Part shown: positions 1-8,160 of the stretch, piece by piece
How the letters are laid out: the number at the start of each line of letters is the position of its first letter
Position numbering within the stretch: the first letter of the stretch is position 1
Assembly: GCA_965205865.1 (NCBI GenBank)
Contig: CBDBHR010000030.1
Location: 672,001 to 736,000 of the forward strand
Length of the DNA: 64,000 nt
Reading direction: 5' to 3'
Source of the DNA: a bacterium
GTDB taxonomy: Bacteria; SAR324; NAC60-12
Position numbers and translations under genes: made by a program
The notes under the pieces: model-generated
Database searches by the model: none
Told to the model about the DNA's origin: nothing
What the model saw: the letters and a program-made list of their open reading frames with translations, nothing else

Positions 1-530
1 CCTCCGAAGGTGCTACCGTAGGGGATAGGTTCGGTGAAACCACTCCCCATACCCAAGAGACGGTGAAAGTTGTACTCGATATCATCGGCAATGAGTTCCC
101 GACCGGACATCGGCGGCTTATCATGCCAGTGAATGCCCTGGCGGATGTTGAATATATAAGTCAGTGGGTCGGGCTGCGACCAGCTTTCCGCCAGCGCCCC
201 TTTCATGTGGGATGGTGAAAAAGGGAAGGAGAAGGAGGGGATTTCGTCCCTGGGCGTTGCCCAGTCCGCGATGGCCAGCTTCTCTAAAACGCCAGCGACG
301 TAGCCGCTCGCCGCCCCACCACTGACGTAGACGTCAGGACCCGCCGGCTCTGTCTTAAAGACGAAGGATATTGTCCCTCCGTACTCTGGCGCCGTCACCA
401 TTTTGCCGGTGCTGGGATCTTTGACCATCTTTTTCTCAGCCGCAACGGCCGGGCCCATCCAAAAGGCAAACGCAGCCAGGATGAAGGCCAGCAGCAGGGC
501 TTGGATTGTTCTGGTTTTGCTTTTTTGCAT
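1..530 (-). CDS. ABC transporter substrate-binding protein, family 5 (DppA/OppA-like), 5' part; runs off window start
   Basis: Manual translation from ATG 530 (RBS GGAGG): MQKSKTRTIQALLLAFILAAFAFWMGPAVAAEKKMVKDPSTGKMVTAPEYGG...LAESWSQPDPLTYIFNIRQGIHWHDKPPMSGRELIA; same motifs as SBPs at 31827 and 38618. Confidence 0.88.
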   Translation of the reverse strand, partial: MQKSKTRTIQALLLAFILAAFAFWMGPAVAAEKKMVKDPSTGKMVTAPEYGGTISFVFKTEPAGPDVYVSGGAASGYVAGVLEKLAIADWATPRDEIPSFSFPFSPSHMKGALAESWSQPDPLTYIFNIRQGIHWHDKPPMSGRELIADDIEYNFHRLLGMGSGFTEPIPYGSTFG

Positions 531-752
531 GATTCCTCCACTTTCGTTTAGATTTTGGTTTTGATTCATTCGACGTCTCATAATTTCTCCTTTATCAATA
601 GTGAATTTGTTTTGATTCATTTTCATTTTATCTTTCATCATTTCTCCTTTTTCAGAAGTGAATTGGTTTTATTGATTATACGTTTCATCCTGCCTTCTTT
701 CACTGGAACCGAGTTTGAAAAAATTTTCGGGGAGGATCCATCACTTTCACGT

Positions 753-900
753 CCTCCCACGGTATTGTTCAATCGATCGGGTGGGAACCCTCCCACGGTA
801 TTGTTCAATCGATCGGGTGGCAACCCTCCCACGATACTGTTCAATCGATCGGGTGGCAACCCTCCCACGATATTGTTCAATCGATCGGGTGGCAACCCTC
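753..900. repeat. 4 tandem copies of a 36-bp unit (CCTCCCACGRTAYTGTTCAATCGATCGGGTGGSAAC), no spacers
   Basis: Units at 753, 789, 825, 861 differ by 1-3 substitutions. Confidence 0.97.
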
Positions 901-931
901 TCTTTCACTAAAAAAACTTAGTGAAGGCACG

Positions 932-960
932 ATACTAGCACAACAACAACGCAATGTCAA
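932..960 (-). promoter_or_regulatory. sigma70-type promoter driving the SBP leader
   Basis: Minus strand TTGACA-17 nt-TAGTAT with extended TGn; homologous promoter at 41316-41343. Confidence 0.6.
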
Positions 961-1181
961 CTCCCCAAGGCAAAATAAATGCGGGATTCGCAAAAAAAAA
1001 CAAAAAATCAATAAATCAGGGAGGGAGGCGATTGATTGTTTTTGAAAATATTGGATGGCAGTTAAAAAACGCTGCGATGCTCTACTGGCTTTGGGGAGTA
1101 GTCGGGAGTCCGGGGAGAACTTCAGGTGGCTATTTCTTGATGGCGGGAAGCAGGAAAAAAGAGAAGTTGAAGGGATTCTTA

Positions 1182-1252
1182 AAATTCGTATCATTTCTGC
1201 AAGAAAGGCAAATAAATATGAAAAAAGAAATTATCTCCGAAATTATGGCTAA
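1182..1252 (+). pseudogene. C-terminal remnant of BrnT-like toxin
   Basis: KIRIISARKANKYEKRNY matches the BrnT C-terminal RIISARKA motif; stop overlaps the downstream antitoxin ATG; N-terminal part not recognisable. Confidence 0.6.
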
Positions 1253-1571
1253 TGGGGAACGGAATCGCCCTAAAGATAGCCAAACTGATTGGAATCGCTT
1301 GGATAATATGAGTGATGAAGAAACGCATCAGAATGCTTTAAGTGATCCTGATGCTCAACCATTATCGAAAGATGCTAAACCGTTTGTGAACGTCAAATTG
1401 ATCCGAGCCAAACTCAGCATGACTCAAGAAGAGTTTGCAAAAACGTTTCAACTTTCTTTGGCGACTATAAGAGACTGGGAGCAAAGGAGATCCCAACCGG
1501 ATCATGCTGCAAAGACATTACTAAGGGTGATTGAGGCTACATCTAGGTTCACTTTCGTTACGGCCCGTTGA
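1245..1571 (+). CDS. HTH (XRE/HigA-like) antitoxin / transcriptional regulator
   Basis: TDWNRLDNMSDEE..ALSDPDAQP plus IRAKLSMTQEEFAKTFQLSLATIRDWEQRRSQP helix-turn-helix. Confidence 0.75.
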   Translation: MANGERNRPKDSQTDWNRLDNMSDEETHQNALSDPDAQPLSKDAKPFVNVKLIRAKLSMTQEEFAKTFQLSLATIRDWEQRRSQPDHAAKTLLRVIEATSRFTFVTAR

Positions 1572-1727
1572 TTTGCTTTAGGGAACTTACATGACCAATA
1601 CGATAACCTATTAAATTCGTAATTTTTGCAGTGATGTTGCAAAATTTACATAAAATTGTTGGAAAATTATAGATATCTATAGTAAAAAGAGGAGTAAAAT
1701 TTAAATCTCCTGAAACGAGTCCTGACT

Positions 1728-2930
1728 ATGTATATTTATAGAAATTTGGAAAAGAGTTTTATTTCTTCAAGTACAAACTTTCCAGTAATGCTGCTAACGG
1801 GGCCTCGTCAAGTTGGTAAAACGACGTTCTTGAAGCATATTGATTCATCTCGTACTTATGTCACACTGGATACTCCTCGAGAACGAGGATTGGCAAAGGA
1901 AGATCCTGAACTTTTTTTGCAAACTTTCTCCCCACCTATTTTGATTGATGAAATACAGTATGCCCCAGAATTGCTGCCCTTCATTAAGGTAATGGTTGAT
2001 AATAAACAGCAAGATAACTTATTTTGGCTGACAGGTTCTCAACAGTTTCAGATGATGAAAGGAGTCACTGAATCGCTTGCAGGCCGGGTAGGAATTCTTG
2101 AAATTCCTGGTTTGTCGAATGCTGAATTAGAAAAACGAAATAATCCACCATTTTTACCTGATATTCATTTTGAAAACAGAGAGCGTCTTCTGGATTTAAA
2201 AGGGCTCTATGAGCGAATATGGCGGGGTTCTTATCCAAGGCTATACAATCATTCTGAGATGGACAAAGGACTATTCTATGAATCATATATTAACACTTAT
2301 CTTGAACGAGATGTAATGCAGTTGGGTCAGGTGAGTCAACTCCATAGATTATACAAATTCATGAGGTCATGCGCAGCAAGGACAGGCCAATTATTGAATT
2401 ATTCCAATTTGGCTGAAGATGCGGAAGTGTCTGTCAATACTGCAAAAAAATGGTTAAATATTTTGGTTGCGAGTCATTTGATTTATTTGCTTGAGCCCTA
2501 TCATAATAATTTGTTGAAACGAATGACAAAACAGCCAAAACTTTATTTTTTAGATACAGGGTTAGCCACTCATCTTGCCGCTTGGAGTTCACCCGAAGTA
2601 CTGGAAGCCGGATCCATGTCCGGAGCTATTTTTGAAACCTGGTGTGTTTCAGAAATTATTAAAAGTTATCAGAATAATGGCAAACACCTCCCTTTCTATT
2701 TTTATCGTGATTATGACAAAGTTGAAATTGATCTTATAATTGAACAAGATAATACATTGTATCCTGTGGAATTTAAGAAAAGTAGTAACCCTCCCTTAAA
2801 GGCAATTAAACATTTTTCTGCCTTAGAAAAACTTAATAAACCCATTGGTCCAGGTGCAGTTGTTTGCATGAGCCAGAGTGTTTTTCCACTCAATTCTAAT
2901 AACAAACTAATACCTGCATATTTTATTTAA
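1728..2930 (+). CDS. AAA+ ATPase with DUF4143 domain
   Basis: Walker A GPRQVGKTT, IDEIQ, LTGS, PKLYFLDTGL, C-terminal EIDLI..YPVEFK. Confidence 0.9.
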   Translation: MYIYRNLEKSFISSSTNFPVMLLTGPRQVGKTTFLKHIDSSRTYVTLDTPRERGLAKEDPELFLQTFSPPILIDEIQYAPELLPFIKVMVDNKQQDNLFWLTGSQQFQMMKGVTESLAGRVGILEIPGLSNAELEKRNNPPFLPDIHFENRERLLDLKGLYERIWRGSYPRLYNHSEMDKGLFYESYINTYLERDVMQLGQVSQLHRLYKFMRSCAARTGQLLNYSNLAEDAEVSVNTAKKWLNILVASHLIYLLEPYHNNLLKRMTKQPKLYFLDTGLATHLAAWSSPEVLEAGSMSGAIFETWCVSEIIKSYQNNGKHLPFYFYRDYDKVEIDLIIEQDNTLYPVEFKKSSNPPLKAIKHFSALEKLNKPIGPGAVVCMSQSVFPLNSNNKLIPAYFI

Positions 2931-3015
2931 ACTGAGGTAACAGTATCGCTGCCTCTATAAAGCTGATAAACTCAAGGGATACCGACGATATTCCGTGAAT
3001 CGGATTTTGGAACGA

Positions 3016-3159
3016 TCAATTTTCTGGTTCAAAAAAGGGTTTGTCACCAGAAACCGTTACTCTACGCAAGACTCTCCTGTGTGGGTAATAGTCACTCGCG
3101 GCATAGTGCTACACGGCCCTGTTATCCCAGAAAGAGTTAGAGCCTGGTCCCCATGTGAA
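3016..3159 (-). pseudogene. C-terminal fragment of TauD/TfdA-family dioxygenase with in-frame stop
   Basis: Manual translation [41 protein letters not shown] = TauD WDNRxxQH..DY..RR..R motif. Confidence 0.75.
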
Positions 3160-3370
3160 TTTGATTTCGATTACTTCTTCTGGTTGCTACGACCTGGTCG
3201 AACTCCATCTCACCTCCTTGCGTATGCTGCCGTTTCTGTCACTCTGAGCGCAGCCAAGAGCCTCTATCAGTACTACTTCTCAATTCTCTGTTCATTGCGC
3301 GAACCTTTCTTAAAGAGAAACAATAATAACGCACTCAAGAGTACTTCAAAAAGTTCATAGTGAGGACGCT

Positions 3371-3580
3371 GACGATAATGCTCCAAATGACCCGGAGCCT
3401 GCTGGCCCCTTCTATAAACGCCGCATCTTCCAAATCTCAGTCAATTGTGTCGCAAAACCCCTTCATCATCCAAATAGAAAACGGTAACACCAGCCCGAGC
3501 TCGGCAATGACGAGTCCGTGGTAAGTATTGATAAAACCCGGATTTCTGTAGAGCATATAGATTGGAATAATAATCGCGAT
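3371..3580 (-). pseudogene. Internal fragment of carbohydrate ABC permease (MalG-like) with in-frame stop
   Basis: Manual translation ...LPFSIWMMKGFCDTID*DLEDAAFIEGASRLRVIWSII contains the EAA loop. Confidence 0.75.
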
Positions 3581-3591
3581 GTATTGATCCT

Positions 3592-6500
3592 TTACCAAGT
3601 ATCAATATATGGCCTTTTTTTACCGTTGCGCCGCGGTGTCGGGGGGACACTACGCAGACCCGCTAAAATCCAACGGCGTGAATCAGCTGGGTCGATGACG
3701 TCGTCAATGCCGAAATAGCTTGCCGCATGCAAAGCCTTTGCTCTTTCGTAGCTTGAAGCGACCATGGCGTCATATTTTTTCCGCCGCTCTTCCGGATCCT
3801 CGATAGCGGCCAGTTCATTTCGATAGCCCAACTTGATGGCGCCTTCGATATTCATACCGGCAAACTCTGCTGTTGGCCATGCTGCCGTAAAGAATGGCAC
3901 CAGGGAACTCCCCCCACACATAGCCTGGACGCCCAGCCCGTACGCCTTGCGCAAAACCAGTCCAAACAGGGGCACCGAGAGATTGGCACCCGTGTTGAAG
4001 AGTCGAGCGCTGTGTCGCACCAGCGCCGTGGCTTCCGCCTCCGGACCAACCATGATGCCGGGGCAGTCCATCAGACTCACCACGGGAAGATCAAAAGCGT
4101 CGCAAAGTTGCAGAAAGCGCGCTCCTTTATCGGCCCCGTCGCTATCGATGGCTCCGGCAAGGTGGTGGGGGTTGTTTGCAATCAATCCCAGAGGAAACCC
4201 TCCAATCCGTATAAAGGCAGTGATGATCCCAATTCCAAAATCTTTGCGGATCTCCATCACGGAATCCTGATCGGCCAGCGTCTGAATCACGTCCCGCGCA
4301 TTGTACATGCGCACGCGATTTTCAGGAACGATATGTCGCAGTATTCTTTGGTCGGCAGCTTCCCAGTCTGTAATTGGTCCCTGGAAATAAGAGAGGTACT
4401 TCCGAGCTGCAGCTACTCCGGCCGCCTCATCTTCGACCAAAAGATCGACGACTCCGTTTGGTACCTGGAACGACATAGGACCGATTTCTTCCGGCGTGTA
4501 GATTCCGAGGCCTCCGCCTTCGATCATGGCAGGACCTCCCATAGCGATGGTGGAATTCGCAGTGGCGATAATGACGTCGCAACAAGCGAGCAGGGCTGTG
4601 TTGCCTGCAAAGCAACGCCCCGAAGAGATTCCAATCAAGGGTACAAGAGCACTGAGCATTGAGAATTGGGTAAAGGTATAAGTATCCATACCCACTGGCG
4701 TACTACCATCCGTATCCCCAGGCCGTCCACCTCCGCCTTCCGTAAAAATCACTACTGGTAACTGGTAGCGCCGGGCTAAGTCAAACATGCGATCTTGCTT
4801 GTAATGGTTGCGTTTTCCTTGCGTGCCGGCAAATACGGTGTAGTCATAGGAGATTAGAATGCAACGCGCATCCTGCGCTTCGAAATGATTTCCGTTGACA
4901 GTTCCCAATCCAGCTACCAATCCATCGGCCGGGGTGCGTTGACGAAGCCATTCTTCATCACGACGGGCGCGTTGCGCCGCGACTGCCAGGGGCCCAAATT
5001 CGACGAAGGTTCCGGAATCACAGAGGTCCTCGATATTTTCCCGGGCGGTTCGTTGCCCGGTTTTTCGGCGTCGAGCGACTGCGTCCGGTCGATTTTCGTC
5101 CAAAGTGTAAGCGTGCCGTTGATAGGTTTCCTCCAAATCGGGTCGGATAAACTCCAGATCGAGTGTATCAACGATTTCCTTCGCGTCTGTTTGAACTCTT
5201 GACGTTTCAATGATAAAGAGGGGGTAACCCTCTCGAACGACATCTCCAACCGAGAGGGTGACTTTGCGCACAATACCGCTACAATCGGCAGCGATGACAT
5301 GCTCCATTTTCATGGCTTCCAAGACTGCAAGTTGTTGGCCTGGATGGATGGAATCGCCTTCGGCAACCGACATGCTGACGATGGTCCCTTGAATGGGCGC
5401 TCGCAAGCTGATCCTATCATCCCCTTCGAACTGCTTCAGTGATGCCGTACCCGTTTGCAATGGTGGTTTGATTTGATCGTTTTTGATGGCCTGGTCATGC
5501 GAGAACAAAGCCAGGGGATCCTGGGTGTCGATCCGGGCTCCGGCCAGACCCGCTACCCATGCGTCTTTTTCATCTCCTGCTTTCGTCTCGCTGTTGACGA
5601 AGTGGCGAAGTTGGGTTTTTGTGTCCGGAGTGGCGAGTTCGGCGAGATGTTCGTCGACGAAACGGGTATGCGCTCGCCCGGCGATGACATCGGGATGCTG
5701 CAACAGGTTTTGTAAAAAAGGAATGGTAGTGGTGATCCCCTCAATGCGAAATTCACTGATTGCGCGTGTTGTTCGCGAAATGGCCTTGGTGAAATCGGCC
5801 GAAGGTGAGTGTACCGTCACTTTAGCGAGTAACGAATCAAAAGCAGGATTTGTTTCATATCCGGCGTATCCGTATCCATCCGTACGAATACCGGGTCCCC
5901 CTGGCACTTCATACGCGGTGAGAGTTCCTCCCGAGGGATGAACAGAGCCATCCGGATTCAATCTCTCCATGTTGATACGCGCTTGGATTGCAAAACCTCG
6001 AGGGTTCGAGGTGCCGGGGGTATCTAATCCAAGATGCTGAATGGTTTCTCCGGCTGCGAGGCGAATCTGAGCCTGCACCAAGTCAACGTCCATTACTGCT
6101 TCAGTCACCGTGTGTTCGACTTGTAAGCGCGCGTTAGCTTCGATGAAGGCAAAGGACTGCCTGCCAGAGTCGGCCGTGGCGTTGACCAGAAATTCGATTG
6201 TACCTATATTTGTGTAGGAGACGCTCTCGGCCAACCTTATGGCGGCGGCTATCAGGTCGGCCCGTAAATTTTCTGCCAGGTTTGGAGCCGGCGCCATCTC
6301 GACGATTTTTTGATATCGTCGCTGAAGGCTGCAGTCGCGCTCGCCGAGGCTGATCACCGTTCCGCTCGAGTCACCGAGAATCTGAACCTCGACGTGCCGG
6401 GCAAAGGGCATCAATTCTTCGACGTATAGACCGCCATTACCAAAGGCGCTGAACGCCTCGGAGCGGCATCTTTCATACAGGGCTTCGATCGCGTCAATCC

Positions 6501-7020
6501 GGGTCACGACTCGGGATCCTCGACCACCGCCTCCGGCCACGGCCTTGATCATCATACTACAATCGGGACCAAGACCTGCAAAGAAATTTCGCGCATCCTC
6601 AATCGAGACCGCTTTGTTGATGCCCCGCATAATTGGAACGTCAGCCGCAGCTGCCGCCATCCGCGCCCGCCCTTTGTCCCCGAACAATTCCAACATTTTC
6701 ACGGAGGGCCCGATAAACGTCAATCCTTCCTCTTGACAGCGACGAGCAAAGGCTGCACTCTCGGCGAGAAATCCGTAACCCGGATGAATCGCATCACATC
6801 GGGCCAGTTTGGCTGTGCGGAGGATACCTTCGATATCGAGATAGGCAGGTACGCCACGCCCTGGTAGTGGAAAGGCTTCATCGGCAGTCCGCGTATGGAG
6901 TGAGCGTCCGTCATCCTCCGAGTAAACAGCGACGCTGCGCACTCCCAGGTCCGTTGCGGCACGCGCAATTCGAATCGCTATTTCGCCACGATTGGCGATC
7001 AGTATACTACTGAACGTCAT
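3592..7020 (-). CDS. Single-chain biotin-dependent acyl-CoA carboxylase (BC-BCCP-CT fusion)
   Basis: ILIANRGEIA, IHPGYGFLAE, ERDCSLQRRYQK, RLQVEH (BC); EAMKM biotin site; C-terminal carboxyltransferase (GGGGRPGD, DCPGIMVG); start at MTFSSIL. Confidence 0.92.
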   Translation of the reverse strand: MTFSSILIANRGEIAIRIARAATDLGVRSVAVYSEDDGRSLHTRTADEAFPLPGRGVPAYLDIEGILRTAKLARCDAIHPGYGFLAESAAFARRCQEEGLTFIGPSVKMLELFGDKGRARMAAAAADVPIMRGINKAVSIEDARNFFAGLGPDCSMMIKAVAGGGGRGSRVVTRIDAIEALYERCRSEAFSAFGNGGLYVEELMPFARHVEVQILGDSSGTVISLGERDCSLQRRYQKIVEMAPAPNLAENLRADLIAAAIRLAESVSYTNIGTIEFLVNATADSGRQSFAFIEANARLQVEHTVTEAVMDVDLVQAQIRLAAGETIQHLGLDTPGTSNPRGFAIQARINMERLNPDGSVHPSGGTLTAYEVPGGPGIRTDGYGYAGYETNPAFDSLLAKVTVHSPSADFTKAISRTTRAISEFRIEGITTTIPFLQNLLQHPDVIAGRAHTRFVDEHLAELATPDTKTQLRHFVNSETKAGDEKDAWVAGLAGARIDTQDPLALFSHDQAIKNDQIKPPLQTGTASLKQFEGDDRISLRAPIQGTIVSMSVAEGDSIHPGQQLAVLEAMKMEHVIAADCSGIVRKVTLSVGDVVREGYPLFIIETSRVQTDAKEIVDTLDLEFIRPDLEETYQRHAYTLDENRPDAVARRRKTGQRTARENIEDLCDSGTFVEFGPLAVAAQRARRDEEWLRQRTPADGLVAGLGTVNGNHFEAQDARCILISYDYTVFAGTQGKRNHYKQDRMFDLARRYQLPVVIFTEGGGGRPGDTDGSTPVGMDTYTFTQFSMLSALVPLIGISSGRCFAGNTALLACCDVIIATANSTIAMGGPAMIEGGGLGIYTPEEIGPMSFQVPNGVVDLLVEDEAAGVAAARKYLSYFQGPITDWEAADQRILRHIVPENRVRMYNARDVIQTLADQDSVMEIRKDFGIGIITAFIRIGGFPLGLIANNPHHLAGAIDSDGADKGARFLQLCDAFDLPVVSLMDCPGIMVGPEAEATALVRHSARLFNTGANLSVPLFGLVLRKAYGLGVQAMCGGSSLVPFFTAAWPTAEFAGMNIEGAIKLGYRNELAAIEDPEERRKKYDAMVASSYERAKALHAASYFGIDDVIDPADSRRWILAGLRSVPPTPRRNGKKRPYIDTW

Positions 7021-7161
7021 AGCTGAACTTTCATCCTTACCTTGATTTTCATGAAGATACCGCCGTCGGATTCGTTTCAAGCGCCCCGGATTCGCTACTC
7101 ATCGGGCGCCTCACCATAGCAGGAATTTTTAGCTCGAGCAAACCCTGGAAAACGGATCGCT

Positions 7162-8160
7162 CTATCCGTTTCGTGGTTTGCGGGCGTGGCAGTATAGGCG
7201 CCAGGGAGCCGGATAACCCTCAACCGTCAAAGAAGGATCTCCGGGATCGAGAAAATCCTGCAAACTTTCAAAAGGCGCCCATTTCGTTTGCCGTTGTTCT
7301 TCAAACGTCAGCTTATTGACGCAAAAAGGAACTACGTCCCGGAAACCGGAACGCTGCAACCAATTGAGCAAGCACGATTGGGTGGGCACAAACCAGGTTC
7401 CCGGAACCTTGCCATATCGTTTTTCCGGAAAGAGAGCTATCGATTCTTTACCAGGCATTCCTAAAGATTCTACAATCAGTTGTCCTCCCGGTTTCATCCC
7501 TTTCCATATGCTACGCAGGATTCCAATCGGGTTGGAATGATGGTAGAGGATTCCCATACAAAAAACCACGTCAAAAAAAGAGGAGAAGAAGTGCATGTGT
7601 TCGACTCCCAGCAATTCAAAATGCAAACCAGGAATCCGGGCAAAACGTTGCAGGAACTGGAAGGTATACCAGTGTCTGACAGTGGGATCGAATCCGATGA
7701 CCAGTTGCGGATGATGTGAGGCCATTCGGAACATATAATAACCGTTGTTACAGCCTATATCGGCAACCTTTTTGCCTTGCAATGAATCCAGGACTGGTAG
7801 CACTCTTTTCCACTTGAGATCACTTTTCCATTCTGCGTCGATGAAGGTCCCGAAAATCTCAAAAGGCCCTTTGCGCCATGGAATGAAAGTTTTTAAAACG
7901 CGCTGGAGCTTTTCATGTTGTTCCGAGGAGAGTTCCTCGGCTTGCCCGATGCGAATGGTTCTGTCCAATTCGACAAAACGGGATTGAAAGGCGGAAATTT
8001 GCGAAACTGCTTCTTTAAAAGAAAACTTGCTTGGGTAATCCAACCAGCGTTTACGGGCAGTTCTCACTTGTTGGATGGCGTCGTACTCTAACTGCCGTTC
8101 AAATTTTTTAAGATAATTCTGGCTCATTTCCCAAAGTCGAAAAGACGATTCAAACAGCAT
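7162..8160 (-). CDS. cmoB: tRNA U34 carboxymethyltransferase
   Basis: PWRKGPF, IDAEWKSDLKW, DIGCNNGYYMFRM, MGILYH, TVEGYPAP motifs. Confidence 0.92.
   Translation of the reverse strand: MLFESSFRLWEMSQNYLKKFERQLEYDAIQQVRTARKRWLDYPSKFSFKEAVSQISAFQSRFVELDRTIRIGQAEELSSEQHEKLQRVLKTFIPWRKGPFEIFGTFIDAEWKSDLKWKRVLPVLDSLQGKKVADIGCNNGYYMFRMASHHPQLVIGFDPTVRHWYTFQFLQRFARIPGLHFELLGVEHMHFFSSFFDVVFCMGILYHHSNPIGILRSIWKGMKPGGQLIVESLGMPGKESIALFPEKRYGKVPGTWFVPTQSCLLNWLQRSGFRDVVPFCVNKLTFEEQRQTKWAPFESLQDFLDPGDPSLTVEGYPAPWRLYCHARKPRNG

Noticed and set aside
753-900. CRISPR array (36-bp repeats, GTT... start on minus strand)
   Set aside because: Units are directly abutting with no unique spacers, and no cas genes are in the window
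555-921. Repeat-encoded ORFs (PPTVLFNRSGGN / LPPDRLNNIVGG / LPRYCSIDRVAT)
   Set aside because: Open simply because the unit is 36 bp; frame not conserved in the 41.2-kb paralogue
925-940. sigma54 promoter on + strand (GGCACGATACTAGCA; TGGCATGATTATAGCA near 41309)
   Set aside because: -12 element is TAGC not TTGC, and the overlapping minus-strand sigma70 match points toward the SBP genes; cannot be fully excluded
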